Shown in pieces: positions 48,158 through 57,875 of a DNA stretch of 64,000 nt. Source of the DNA: Thermoplasmata archaeon (GTDB lineage: Archaea > Thermoplasmatota > SW-10-69-26 > JACQPN01 > JAJPHT01); contig JAXDQU010000008.1 in assembly GCA_034667685.1 (NCBI GenBank), positions 24,212-88,211 of the forward strand, written 5' to 3'. The position numbers were made by a program, and so were the translations under genes. Under the pieces are notes generated by a model. That model did not search any database and was not told the origin of the DNA. It saw nothing but the letters and a program-made list of their open reading frames with translations. Positions within the stretch are counted from its first letter, which is position 1. Each line of letters begins with the position of its first letter.

Positions 48158-48217
48158 CGGGCCTCCATCGCCTCCAGGCTATTCACGCCTTTTGGGACGC
48201 GGCTGCGCGGGCGTCCG

Positions 48218-50770
48218 CTATCGTGCCCGGAACCACGCGACGAGGTCGGCCTTCGTCCGGCTCTGGAACTCGCCGCGCAGCTCCAGCGACTCCAGCGCGC
48301 GCGCGTAGGCCTGCTGCGCGACGGCGCCGAGGTTCGCGGCGTAGAACTGCACGAAGTCGTCCTTGAAGCGCGGCGGGATCTGGCCGCTGGCTTCCACGAG
48401 GTTGCCGGTCCACATGTCGCCCAGGCTCTCGCGCAGCGCGGGGAAGTGCGCCTTCAGATAGCTCCACGCGGGGAGGCGCGCCGCGCGCTCGGAGAACATC
48501 AGGCGCAGCAGCGGCCCGACGGCCTCGAGCGGCATCTGCCTCTGGTCAATGAGCGCAAGCACCTGGAGGAGCGCGGCGTCGCCCCGGAACGAGGCGAGGC
48601 TCGCGAGGTAGCGCTGCGTGTCGGCGGGCGGGGCGCCCTTCGCGCGGCGCTCCTCGTAGAGGCGCACGTGCTTGGCGAGCCGCGCGAGGTCGCCGAACTG
48701 CGCCGCGACGGTGACGGCCGTGCCGGCGAGGTTCGCGTCGACCTTCTGCGGGTCGTCGGCCTCGCGGTCCGCGTACGCGCTCGCCGCGGCGATGGCCTGC
48801 CGGTCGTGGGCGAGGCTCGACATGGCGCGCAGCGTGGCGGCGCGCGCGAGCGCGTCGTCGCGGGGCTCGCCGGCGCGCGGCTCCGCGCTGAGGCGCGTCA
48901 TGCGCGGGGCGAAGGCGGCGCCCACCCACGCGCGGAATCTTGCTAGCGCCTCGGCGTCGCCCGCGTCCTCCAGCAGCCCTTCGACGCTGGTCGCGTCGTC
49001 GACGACGCGGTCGAGCACGGTGGGGTTCGTGGCGTTGCGCATGACGGCGTCGAGGGTCGCGAGGTAGCGCGTGATGGGGTGCGTGGCGTTGCGCGCGAGC
49101 CCCCACTGGTCGTCGAGGAGCCCCATCTGCTCGGCGGGGGGAAGCTCGGCGACGTGCGCGAGGAGCGCGGCGTGCAGCGCGTCGTCGAGGTCCTGGCGGT
49201 AGAAGCCGATGCCCTCGACGTTCGCGGTCACGTACTGGAGCTCGCCCTGGACGCGCAGCGGGACCTCGCCGTTCTCCTGGGTCAGCAGGTGGCGCGACTC
49301 GTGCGCGCCGGCGGCGTCCTTCCAGCGCAGGACCAGCGGGACGCGCCAGAGCTGGGCCGAGGCCTTCGCGCGCGGGCTCGAGAGGAAGCGGCGTTGGCCC
49401 ACGCGCAGCGCGGCGCCGTGGCGCTCCACGCGCACGACGGGATGGCCGCCCTGCCCGACCCAGCTTTCCATGATCTCCGCGACGGGCTGGCCCGAGGCCG
49501 CGCCCAGGTGGCGCCAGAGGTCCGCGCCCTTGGCATTGGACTCGGCGAACTCGCGCATGTAGGCGCGTAGGCCCGCGCGGAAGGCGTCCTCGCCCAGGAA
49601 CGCCTCGATCATGCGCATGACGCTGCTGCCCTTCTGGTACGTGATGAGGTCGAAGAGCTCGGTGGCCTGCGCCGGCGTCTGGACGGGCGAGTAGATCGGG
49701 TGCGTGCTCTCCAGCGCGTCGGGGTGGAGCGCGGCCGCCTTGCCCAGGACGAAGTCCTCCCACACGCGATAGTCGGGCTCCAGGGCGGCGACGGTCTTGT
49801 GGGCCATCCACTCGGCGAAGCTCTCGTTGAGCCAGATGTCGTCCCACCAGGCCATCGTCACGAGGTCGCCGAACCACATGTGCGCCATCTCGTGCGCGAT
49901 GACGCGCGCCGCGGCCTTCTTCGCCTTGAACGACGCGGTCTGCGGATCGAGCAGCAGGTAGAGCTGGCGGAAGGTGACGAGGCCCGCGTTCTCCATGGCG
50001 CCGGCGCTGAAGCTGGGGAGCGCGATCTGGTCGTACTTGCCGAAGGGGTACGCGATGCCGAAGTAGTCCTCGAACCAGGGCAGGGCGCGCGCGGCGAACT
50101 GGTTGCTCCAGACGCCCAGGTGCTCCTTGCCCTTGATCGCCCACGCGCGCATCGGGACGTCGCGCGCCCGGATCTCGGGCGTGCTGCCGAAGCGGCCCAC
50201 GCAGAGCGCGACGAGGTAGCTCGACATGCGCCGCGTCGGCGCGAACGTCCAGCGCATGAGGCCCTGCCCCGCGTCCTCGACCTTCTGCTGCGGCCCGTTG
50301 GCGAGCACGACGTTGGGCGCGTCGGTCGTCACGACCCACTGGAACGTCGCCTTGTACGCGGGCTCGTCGAAGCACGGGAAGATGCCGCGCGCGTCCGTCT
50401 CCTCGCATTGCGTCGCGAGGCACTCCTCCGCGCCGTCCTTGGAGAGATAGAGCCCCTCCATGTTCTTGGAGACCTGGCCCGTGAACGCGATCTCCAGCGT
50501 GGCGGGGCCCGCCGGAAGCGGCCTGGCGAAGGCGAGCGTCAGCCTCTCGCGCGCCGGATCCAGCTCGGCCTTGGCCGGCTCGGCGCCGGCGCTCGCCTCT
50601 CGGATCGTCATGTCGCGCGCGTGCAGCTCCACCCTCGCGGTGGGCGATAGCACGTCGACGTCGATGCGGACGCGCCCCTCGAAGGTCGGCTTCTCGAGGT
50701 GCGCGGTCAGCTCGATGCGGTAGGCCCGCGGGCGCACATTCCCGGGCAACCGATACGGCAGGACGTCCAT
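48218..50770 (-). CDS. pepN: aminopeptidase N (M1 family zinc metallopeptidase)
   Basis: GAMEN exopeptidase motif and HEMAHMWFGDLVTMAWWDDIWLNESFAEW zinc-binding motif (HExxH-x18-E). Confidence 0.9.
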   Translation of the reverse strand: MDVLPYRLPGNVRPRAYRIELTAHLEKPTFEGRVRIDVDVLSPTARVELHARDMTIREASAGAEPAKAELDPARERLTLAFARPLPAGPATLEIAFTGQVSKNMEGLYLSKDGAEECLATQCEETDARGIFPCFDEPAYKATFQWVVTTDAPNVVLANGPQQKVEDAGQGLMRWTFAPTRRMSSYLVALCVGRFGSTPEIRARDVPMRAWAIKGKEHLGVWSNQFAARALPWFEDYFGIAYPFGKYDQIALPSFSAGAMENAGLVTFRQLYLLLDPQTASFKAKKAAARVIAHEMAHMWFGDLVTMAWWDDIWLNESFAEWMAHKTVAALEPDYRVWEDFVLGKAAALHPDALESTHPIYSPVQTPAQATELFDLITYQKGSSVMRMIEAFLGEDAFRAGLRAYMREFAESNAKGADLWRHLGAASGQPVAEIMESWVGQGGHPVVRVERHGAALRVGQRRFLSSPRAKASAQLWRVPLVLRWKDAAGAHESRHLLTQENGEVPLRVQGELQYVTANVEGIGFYRQDLDDALHAALLAHVAELPPAEQMGLLDDQWGLARNATHPITRYLATLDAVMRNATNPTVLDRVVDDATSVEGLLEDAGDAEALARFRAWVGAAFAPRMTRLSAEPRAGEPRDDALARAATLRAMSSLAHDRQAIAAASAYADREADDPQKVDANLAGTAVTVAAQFGDLARLAKHVRLYEERRAKGAPPADTQRYLASLASFRGDAALLQVLALIDQRQMPLEAVGPLLRLMFSERAARLPAWSYLKAHFPALRESLGDMWTGNLVEASGQIPPRFKDDFVQFYAANLGAVAQQAYARALESLELRGEFQSRTKADLVAWFRAR

Positions 50771-51082
50771 GCAAGCGAACGATGCCCACGGCCGGCTTCA
50801 AGGCGTCGGCACGAGAGGCGCCGCGGAGGACGAGCCGACAAGGCTCACCGTTTCGATATCGCAGGTCGGCAACACGGAGGTTGCCGATCGAATAGCGGGG
50901 GGTTGATTTGAACAACCGATCTACGGGTTATGAGCCCGTCGGGATTTCCTGGCTACCCCACCCCGCTAGAGTGGTGCGCTCCGGCGGATGCCGGGGCAGG
51001 AGCGGCCAATCGCCGTCCCCCGGATAAGGTTTCGGGTTCGCGGACCGCGAGCGTTGATGCCCACGGCGCAGGATGCGCGCGC

Positions 51083-51760
51083 GTGGCCGTGGCGGCGCCC
51101 GACCTGGCGAAGCTCCGCGAGGCGTTCGCGCGCACCGCCACGCCCGAGCCGACCCAGCGCGCCGCGCCCCACGGCGTGAGCGCCGTGCTGCTGGCGCTCT
51201 ACGACACCGCGGGCGAGCCCGAGCTGCTCTACACGCGCCGCACCGAGACGATGCGCAGCCACCCCGGCGAGATCAGCTTCCCCGGCGGGCGCGTCGAGGC
51301 GCAGGACGCTTCGCCGCTCCACGCCGCGCTGCGCGAGGCCGACGAGGAGGTGGGCATCCCGCCCGCGGACGTCGCCACGTGGGGGCACCTCACCGACTTC
51401 CTCACGCACCGCGACGTGCTCGTGTGCGCCTACGTGGGCGAGATCGCCGGCCCCGAGCAGGTCGATCCGGCGACGCGCAGGCTCGTCCGTCCCGGCCGCA
51501 GGCCGCCCACGACGCCGCGCAGCGCCGCCGAGGTCGCGCAGGTCTTCACCGTGCCGCTGCGCGAATTGCTATCGCCCGAGACGTACGAGGCGCGCACCGT
51601 GGAGGGCCTGGACCGGCGCGTCCACTACTGGCGCGTCGGCGGGCGCGTCGTGTGGGGCATCACGGGCGAGCTGACGGCGCGCTTCCTGGCGCGCACGTGC
51701 GGGTGGACGCCGCCCTCGGAGCCGCGCGTGATCCACGAGATCAGCGAGTTCCGGCCCTAG
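51083..51760 (+). CDS. NUDIX hydrolase (CoA pyrophosphatase-like)
   Basis: Nudix box GGRVEAQDASPLHAALREADEEVGI; start uncertain (GTG 51083 or ATG 50930). Confidence 0.7.
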   Translation: MAVAAPDLAKLREAFARTATPEPTQRAAPHGVSAVLLALYDTAGEPELLYTRRTETMRSHPGEISFPGGRVEAQDASPLHAALREADEEVGIPPADVATWGHLTDFLTHRDVLVCAYVGEIAGPEQVDPATRRLVRPGRRPPTTPRSAAEVAQVFTVPLRELLSPETYEARTVEGLDRRVHYWRVGGRVVWGITGELTARFLARTCGWTPPSEPRVIHEISEFRP

Positions 51761-51771
51761 CACTGCCTGAG

Positions 51772-51852
51772 GCGCTTCGCTTCCCGCCAACACGCGAACA
51801 CGCCAACACGCCGCGTGTTGGCGTGTTCGCGTGTTGGCGGGAAGCGAAGCGC
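51772..51852. repeat. intergenic palindromic repeat, family B copy 2
   Basis: GCGCTTCGCTTCCCGCCAACACGCGAACACGCCAACACGCC | GCGTGTTGGCGTGTTCGCGTGTTGGCGGGAAGCGAAGCGC, a perfect hairpin. Confidence 0.75.
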
Positions 51853-51883
51853 TGCAAGCGACAAGGAGGATAGGAAAGGCGCC

Positions 51884-53284
51884 CTACCGCCCGGCCATTT
51901 GATAGCTCACGCTCGCCACGCGCCGCGCCCGGCCGCGCCAGCGCAGGTACACATACAGCGGCAGGCCCGCGAGCACGATGAGCACGCCGACGACGGCCTG
52001 CGCGGGCGTGCGCCAGAACGCGTTGAGGATGAACGCGACGCTGCCCACCACGAAGACCGCGGGGACCCACGGGTAGAGCGGCACGCGGAAGGGGCGCGGC
52101 GCGTCGGGCCGCGTGCGCCGCAGCACGAACACCGCGCTCGTGGCGAGGGCGTAGAAGATGAACGAGTCGACGATGATGTAGGTGAGCAGCGTGTCGAAGA
52201 GGCGCCCGTTGCCCACCGGCGGCAGCAGCACGAGCGCGAGGCTGATGACGGTCTGGAGCGCGATGGCGCGGGCCGGCGTGCCCCAGCGCGTCACCTTGCC
52301 CATCGCCTCGGGGAAGAGGCCGTCGCGCCCCATGACGTAGGCGATGCGCGGCCCCGTGAGCACGATGTTGTTCACCGTGCCGACGATGGACAGGAGGATG
52401 GCGACGGTGACGAGCGCGCTGGCACCCGGGACGATCGCGTCGGCGGTGCGCCCCGCGGCGGCGTTGGTCTGCCCCACGTCGGCCGGTCCGATGGCGAGGA
52501 GGTAGACGAGGTTCGCGAGCACGTAGAGCGCCATCACGACGAGCGTGCCGAGCACGACGCTGCGCGGGACGTTCCGCTGCGGGTCACGCACCTCCTCGGC
52601 GACCTGCGTGCTGTTCTCCCAGCCGTCGTACGCGAAGAAGACCGGGATGAGCGCGAGCCCGAAGGCGCTGAAGAGGCCCACGCCGCTGGGCCCGGGCGGC
52701 GCCTGGCCGGTCGCGAGCGCGCCCAGCTTCGGCCCGAGCACGAGGAGCCCGCCCACGACGAGCAGCGTGAGGGCGCCGATCTTCACCGCCATCGCCGCGA
52801 CCGAGAGCCGGCCCGCGTGCCGCACGCCCAGCGTATTGATGAGCGCGACGCCCAGCACGATGGCGGCCGCGACGAGGATCTTGCCCAGCTCGGTGATCGG
52901 AAGGAAGAGCGCGATCGTCTCGCCGAAGCCCACCGCGAGCGCGCTGACGTTGGCCGCCTTGCCGATCGCGACGCCGCTCCACCCCGAGAGGAACGCGGGC
53001 AGCGGGCCGTAGGCCTCCTTGATGAAGTTATACGAGCCGCCCGAGCGCGGCAGCATCGCGCCCATCTCGGCGTAGGTCAGCGCGCCGCACAGGACGAACG
53101 CGCCGCCCAGCGTCCACGCCAGGAGCATCATGCCCGGCGTGGGGAGCTGCTGCGCCACGACGCGCGGGCCCAGGAAGATGCCCACGCCGATCATGCTGCC
53201 CACCACCACCGCGGCGGCCGACCAGAGGCCGAGGTCGCGGCGCAGGCCCGGGGGCATCGGCACCGCAGCCGGGCCTCGGCTCAT
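51884..53284 (-). CDS. APC-superfamily amino acid permease
   Basis: 12 TM; GSMIGVGIF consensus in TM1. Confidence 0.9.
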   Translation of the reverse strand: MSRGPAAVPMPPGLRRDLGLWSAAAVVVGSMIGVGIFLGPRVVAQQLPTPGMMLLAWTLGGAFVLCGALTYAEMGAMLPRSGGSYNFIKEAYGPLPAFLSGWSGVAIGKAANVSALAVGFGETIALFLPITELGKILVAAAIVLGVALINTLGVRHAGRLSVAAMAVKIGALTLLVVGGLLVLGPKLGALATGQAPPGPSGVGLFSAFGLALIPVFFAYDGWENSTQVAEEVRDPQRNVPRSVVLGTLVVMALYVLANLVYLLAIGPADVGQTNAAAGRTADAIVPGASALVTVAILLSIVGTVNNIVLTGPRIAYVMGRDGLFPEAMGKVTRWGTPARAIALQTVISLALVLLPPVGNGRLFDTLLTYIIVDSFIFYALATSAVFVLRRTRPDAPRPFRVPLYPWVPAVFVVGSVAFILNAFWRTPAQAVVGVLIVLAGLPLYVYLRWRGRARRVASVSYQMAGR

Positions 53285-53305
53285 GAACCTGCGCGATGCG
53301 GCGCT

Positions 53306-53371
53306 CTCGGGCTCTGGACTCGGGACTCAGGGCTCCGGAGCCCCGAGTCCAGAGTCCAGAGCCCCGAGCCC
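53306..53371. repeat. intergenic palindromic repeat, family A copy 3
   Basis: CTCGGGCTCTGGACTCGGGACTCAGGGCTCCGGAGCCCCGAGTCCAGAGTCCAGAGCCCCGAGCCC; overlaps and provides the 3' end and stop of the creatininase-family gene. Confidence 0.8.
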
Positions 53372-54058
53372 AAGCAACACGACGAGCCGCGCCTCGATGT
53401 GCGCGTTCGCCCGCTCGCCAAGCTCCCGCGACGCGAGCGTGGGGTCGCCCATGACGCCCTCGGGGAAGTGGCGCTCGGCGTGCGCTTCCACGAGGAATTC
53501 CGGGAAGCGGACCTGGTGCGGCTTGCCGCGCCCCTTCACGAGATCGGGCCGGATCGCGAGCATGCGGGAGGTCTCCAGCGCGCCGGCGTGGCCGTCCCAG
53601 CGCGGGACGCCGGGCGCCTCGAAGTCGGAGAGCAGCTCGTAGTCGGACAGGACGAAGATCCGCATCGTCGGATCGGATTCGAGGTGCTCCTCGGCAGCGA
53701 GCTTGAGCGCGCGCATGTGGGCGCCGCCGGCGTGGCCGCTGACGAACGCGACCGTGCGGAGGCCGTGGCGCTGGCAGTCGGCGAGGACGTCGCGGGCGAT
53801 GGCGCGCAGCGTGTCGAAGCGCAGGCTGAACGAGCCGGGGAAGTTGCGCGTGCTGCTGCAGTTGCCATAGGCGAGCAGCGGGGCCACGAGCGCGCCCGTC
53901 CGCGCCGCGACGCGCTCGCACGTGTGCGTGGCCTGGATGCTGTCCGTGTCGAGGGGCAGGTGCGGGCCGTGCTCCTCGACGATGCCCACGGGGACGAGGA
54001 GCGGGGGCTTGGGCGAGAGCGCGGCGAACGCGGGGCTGGTCAACTCTCCGAGGCGCAC
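53327..54058 (-). CDS. creatininase-family amidohydrolase (archaeal ArfB-like)
   Basis: PVGIVEEHGPHLPLDTD and GHAGALETS metal-binding motifs; GTG start assumed; the C-terminal about 14 aa are encoded by the family A repeat. Confidence 0.65.
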   Translation of the reverse strand: MRLGELTSPAFAALSPKPPLLVPVGIVEEHGPHLPLDTDSIQATHTCERVAARTGALVAPLLAYGNCSSTRNFPGSFSLRFDTLRAIARDVLADCQRHGLRTVAFVSGHAGGAHMRALKLAAEEHLESDPTMRIFVLSDYELLSDFEAPGVPRWDGHAGALETSRMLAIRPDLVKGRGKPHQVRFPEFLVEAHAERHFPEGVMGDPTLASRELGERANAHIEARLVVLLGLGALDSGLGAPEP

Positions 54059-54112
54059 GCGCGGGCAGGGCAAGGCGCGCGGATATTTGTGGCGCTTCGC
54101 GCATCGCGCCGC

Positions 54113-54703
54113 GTGGAGAAGCGGGACCTCGCCATCGTGCTCGCGGGCGCGCTGCTGGTGGCGGGCGCGACGGCGTACGCGGGCGCGCAAGGCCCCTCGA
54201 CGCACCGCTATCAGCTCACCTACGCGGCGACCTCCTTCGTGATCCCGCAGGGCACGGAGCAACGCACCCTCCCGGGGCCGGGCTATCGCTCCGGCTACTC
54301 GATCGCGACGAGCGACTGGAACGTGTCGAGCTACCACGCCGAGTTCAACGTCACGCCCGCGGGCGCGTTCGTGGCCGGCGCGAGCCTCCACGCGAAGCTC
54401 ACCACGCCCAACGGGACGACGATCGAGAAGGACGGCACGGTCGGGCCAGCCGGCGGCGTCATCCACGTCGCGTTCGACGTGCCCGTCGCGCCCCTGCCCG
54501 CGCCCCGCATCGTCGACGCCTCCTCGCAGAAGGACGCGCTCGCGATGCTGGAGCAGGGCGATCGCGTGAACGCCGGGAACTGGACCGTGGAGCTCGACTT
54601 CAGCCCGGGCACGCCCGAGGGCCCCGAGCCCGCCATCGGGTTCTACGAGGCGCTCGTCGTCTGGATCGGGGGCGCGGACGCGCTCGTGCCCGCGGCGAAA
54701 TGA
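54113..54703 (+). CDS. secreted/membrane-anchored hypothetical protein
   Basis: GTG start; signal anchor [20 protein letters not shown]; beta-rich extracellular-type sequence. Confidence 0.5.
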   Translation: MEKRDLAIVLAGALLVAGATAYAGAQGPSTHRYQLTYAATSFVIPQGTEQRTLPGPGYRSGYSIATSDWNVSSYHAEFNVTPAGAFVAGASLHAKLTTPNGTTIEKDGTVGPAGGVIHVAFDVPVAPLPAPRIVDASSQKDALAMLEQGDRVNAGNWTVELDFSPGTPEGPEPAIGFYEALVVWIGGADALVPAAK

Positions 54704-54731
54704 TAAGAACCCCCGCCACGCTCGCCGCCCC

Positions 54732-55223
54732 ATGGCCCCGCCCGCGCCGAAGGTCGGCATCATCATGGGCAGCAAGACCGACTGGGAGACGCTGCGCCTC
54801 GCCAGCGAGGTGCTCCAGGGGCTCGGCGTGCCGCACGAGACGAAGGTCGTCTCGGCGCACCGCACGCCGGACCTTCTCTTCGAGTACGCGGCCAGCGCGG
54901 AGGGGCGCGGCATCCAGGTCATCATCGCGGGCGCCGGCGGCGCGGCGCACCTGCCCGGGATGTGCGCGAGCAAGACGACGCTCCCCGTGCTGGGCGTGCC
55001 GGTGCAGAGCAAGGCGCTCAGCGGCCTCGACTCGCTTCTCTCCATCGTGCAGATGCCCAAGGGCGTCCCCGTGGGCACGCTCGCCATCGGCACCGCGGGC
55101 GCGTCCAACGCCGCGCTGCTGGCCGCGCAGATCCTCGCGCTCCACGACGAGAAGCTCCGCGAGAAGCTCAAGCTGATGCGCCAGCAGGAGCGCGACCGCG
55201 TCATGGGAGAGAAGCTCGATTGA
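54732..55223 (+). CDS. purE: N5-carboxyaminoimidazole ribonucleotide mutase
   Basis: [14 protein letters not shown] and [10 protein letters not shown] signatures. Confidence 0.9.
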   Translation: MAPPAPKVGIIMGSKTDWETLRLASEVLQGLGVPHETKVVSAHRTPDLLFEYAASAEGRGIQVIIAGAGGAAHLPGMCASKTTLPVLGVPVQSKALSGLDSLLSIVQMPKGVPVGTLAIGTAGASNAALLAAQILALHDEKLREKLKLMRQQERDRVMGEKLD

Positions 55224-56365
55224 GCCTCGCGCCCGGCGCCACGCTCGGCATCCTGGGCGGAGGCCAGCTCGGGCGCATGATCGCGTTCGAGGCGCACCGC
55301 ATGGGCTACCGCGTCGCCATCCTCGACCCCGACCCGGACGGACCCGGGGCGCAGGTGGCGGACGACGTCGTCCTGGGCAAGTGGACCGACGCGAAGGCGG
55401 CCCTGGAGCTGGCGCGCCGCGCGGACGTCGTCACCGTCGAGACGGAGCACATCCCCTTCGAGGTCCTCGACGAGGTCGAGAAGGCCGGCGGCAACCTGCT
55501 CCCGCGCGCCGCGGTCCTGCGCACGATCCAGAACCGCCTGCGCCAGAAGGAGTTCCTCGCGCGGCACGGCTTCCCGCAGCCCGCGTTCGCGCACGTCACC
55601 GACGAGGCCTCGCTGCGCGCCGCGATATCAAACGTGGGCGCGCCCGCCGTGCTCAAGTCGCTCACCGGCGGCTACGACGGCAAGGGGCAGAGCCGCGCGC
55701 TCCAGGCGAGCGAGGCCGACGAGGCGTGGGCGCGCATCGGGCGCCAGCCGTGCATCGTCGAGTCGTTCGTCCCCTTCCGCGCGGAGGTCAGCGTCGTGCT
55801 CGCGCGCGGGCTCGACGGCCGCGTCGCGTACTACCCGCTCGCCGAGAACGTCCACCGCCACGGCATCCTGCACACGACGCGCGCGCCCGCCCGCGTCGAC
55901 CCCGCCGTCGCGCGCGAGGCGCAGCGGCTCGCGAAGGACGTCGCCAACGCGCTCGACCACGTGGGCGTCATGGCCGTCGAGATGTTCCTGCTGCCCGACG
56001 ACTCGCTCCAGATCAACGAGATCGCGCCGCGCGTCCACAACTCGGGCCACTACACGTACGGCGCGTGCGCCACCTCGCAGTTCGAGCAGCACCTCCGCGC
56101 CATCTGCGGCCAGCCGCTGGGCGACACGACGCTCCTGCGCCCCGCCGCCATGCTCAACCTGCTGGGCGATGCCTGGGCGCGCCGCGAGCCCGACTGGACG
56201 CGCGTCTTCGCCACGCCCGGCGCCGCGCTGCACCTCTACGGCAAGGCCGAGGCGCGCCCCGGCCGCAAGATGGGGCACGTGACCGTGACGGCCGAGCACA
56301 CGGACGACGCGCTCGCCAAGTGCGAGGCCATCCACGCCGCGCTGATGACGGACGCGGAGCTTTAG
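55220..56365 (+). CDS. purK: N5-carboxyaminoimidazole ribonucleotide synthase
   Basis: TTG start overlaps the purE stop (TTGA); ATP-grasp motifs ([27 protein letters not shown]). Confidence 0.85.
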   Translation: MSLAPGATLGILGGGQLGRMIAFEAHRMGYRVAILDPDPDGPGAQVADDVVLGKWTDAKAALELARRADVVTVETEHIPFEVLDEVEKAGGNLLPRAAVLRTIQNRLRQKEFLARHGFPQPAFAHVTDEASLRAAISNVGAPAVLKSLTGGYDGKGQSRALQASEADEAWARIGRQPCIVESFVPFRAEVSVVLARGLDGRVAYYPLAENVHRHGILHTTRAPARVDPAVAREAQRLAKDVANALDHVGVMAVEMFLLPDDSLQINEIAPRVHNSGHYTYGACATSQFEQHLRAICGQPLGDTTLLRPAAMLNLLGDAWARREPDWTRVFATPGAALHLYGKAEARPGRKMGHVTVTAEHTDDALAKCEAIHAALMTDAEL

Positions 56366-56465
56366 TTCCAGAGCCCCGAGTCCGGAGTCCTGAGCCCGGA
56401 GCCTAACCTCCCAAGTGGGGTGCGAGGGCTCTGGGCTCAAGACTCCGGACTCGGGGCTCTGGAAC
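56366..56465. repeat. intergenic palindromic repeat, family A copy 4 (extended variant)
   Basis: GTTCCAGAGCCCCGAGTCCGGAGTCCTGAGCCCGGAGCC ... GGCTCTGGGCTCAAGACTCCGGACTCGGGGCTCTGGAAC with a 23-nt central loop. Confidence 0.8.
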
Positions 56466-56502
56466 GACCGTTGGGCGCCCGCCCGCCCTTTCCACAATCC
56501 TC

Positions 56503-57096
56503 TTGGAGCCGGGCCTCGCATCGTGGGCCGTGGACAAGATCACGTTGGATCGCGCGGCGTTCAAGGCGCTCGCGTCCGACACGCGGCTGGACATCCTGAA
56601 GGCGCTCGACGCGCGCCAGAAGACCGTGACCGAGCTGGCGCGCGAGCTGGACCTCAACAAGGCCACCGTCTTCGAGCACCTGGAGAAGCTCGCCGAGGTG
56701 GGCCTGATCCAGAAGATCGAGGAGGACGTCGAGCGAAAGTGGGTCTACTGGCAGCTCTCGTGGAAGGGGCGCCGGCTCCTGCATCCGGAGGCGATCACGT
56801 TCTCGCTCCTGCTCTCGACCGCGCTGGGCACGCTGCTGACCGGCGCCGCGGCGCTCTGGATCTGGTGGAAGAGCGCCATCCTGCCCACGAGCGGCGCGGA
56901 GGGCGCCTCCCAGCCCACCGGGGCCGCCGCGCCGCGCGCGTTCGCCGCCCCCGCGCCCGAGCCCCCCGTCGCCGCGGCGCCCGCGCACGATCCGACCTAC
57001 CTGTGGGTCGCGGCGGCGCTGGGCGCGCTGCTCCTCGTCCTGATCCTCGGCGCGTGGTGGGTCAAGGCCCGCGCGCGCAAGCTCAGCGCGTCGTGA
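56503..57096 (+). CDS. membrane-tethered ArsR-type wHTH regulator
   Basis: N-terminal HTH (ALASDTRLDILKALDARQKTVTELARELDLNKATVFEHLEKLAEVGLI), then two to three TM helices and a Pro/Ala-rich spacer. Confidence 0.6.
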   Translation: MEPGLASWAVDKITLDRAAFKALASDTRLDILKALDARQKTVTELARELDLNKATVFEHLEKLAEVGLIQKIEEDVERKWVYWQLSWKGRRLLHPEAITFSLLLSTALGTLLTGAAALWIWWKSAILPTSGAEGASQPTGAAAPRAFAAPAPEPPVAAAPAHDPTYLWVAAALGALLLVLILGAWWVKARARKLSAS

Positions 57097-57682
57097 GGTC
57101 GCCCTGGTCCAGGATGATGACGCCCGTGCGCAGGGAGTCGACTTCCTCCTGGGTGAGCGCCCGACGCTCGACCTTCTCGGCGAGGATGGCGCTGTTGCCG
57201 AACGGGTCGTCGATGATGAGCGTGAAGGGGATCTCGCCCGCGAGCATCTTCTCGTAGCGCATGAGGTACTCCTGGAGCAGGGCGACCTTCTCCGGGTCCT
57301 CGCCGTGGAACTCCAGCGCGGTGAGCAGCACGTCCTTCGCGCGGTCCAGGACGCCCTCGACGTTGGAGACGTAGCTCTCGGAGAGCGGCGAGGGCTCGGC
57401 CGTGAACCCCATCTCCGGGATGCGGATCGTGCCCGAGTTGCTCCGGATCACGCGGATCGTGAGGTCCTCCTCCCCGTTCGCGTGCAGCGTCAGCCGCAGC
57501 GGGTCCTTCTGGCCGAGGATCATGAAGTCCGCGTGCCGGAAGCCGCACGCGCCGCAGCGCATCGTCGTCTCCAGCGCGTCGCCGAAGTACGGGACGTTGA
57601 CGGACGTGCTCAGCAGCGTCAGCTGGCCCACGACGCGGCACATCGGACAGGGCGTGTTGACCGGGACCGCGGATGCGCTCAC
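57083..57682 (-). CDS. ZPR1-type zinc-finger protein
   Basis: CPMC ... CGACGF C4 zinc finger, then a ZPR1-like beta-rich domain; GTG start assumed. Confidence 0.55.
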   Translation of the reverse strand: MSASAVPVNTPCPMCRVVGQLTLLSTSVNVPYFGDALETTMRCGACGFRHADFMILGQKDPLRLTLHANGEEDLTIRVIRSNSGTIRIPEMGFTAEPSPLSESYVSNVEGVLDRAKDVLLTALEFHGEDPEKVALLQEYLMRYEKMLAGEIPFTLIIDDPFGNSAILAEKVERRALTQEEVDSLRTGVIILDQGDLTTR

Positions 57683-57726
57683 GTGGCGCGCGAGCCCTCC
57701 TTTTCGCTTAATGGTTCTGTGGATCC

Positions 57727-57812
57727 GGCCTCGGGCTCGGGGCTCTGGACTCAGGACTCTGGGCTCCGGAGCCCTGAGTCCAGAGTCCTGAGTCCAGAGC
57801 CCCTCGGCGCGC
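57727..57812. repeat. intergenic palindromic repeat, family A copy 5
   Basis: GGCCTCGGGCTCGGGGCTCTGGACTCAGGACTCTGGGCTCCGGAGCCCTGAGTCCAGAGTCCTGAGTCCAGAGCCCC. Confidence 0.8.
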
Positions 57813-57875
57813 CATTTTGAAAACACGATGTTTAAGAGGCTCGTGCGAATGATACGGTTCGCAAGGGATGCACGC

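Noticed and set aside
2336-57812. Possible CRISPR array suggested by the repeated GGGGCTCTGGACTC... units
   Set aside because: Copies are tens of kb apart and individually palindromic (hairpin REP-like), with no regular repeat-spacer periodicity and no cas genes in the window.
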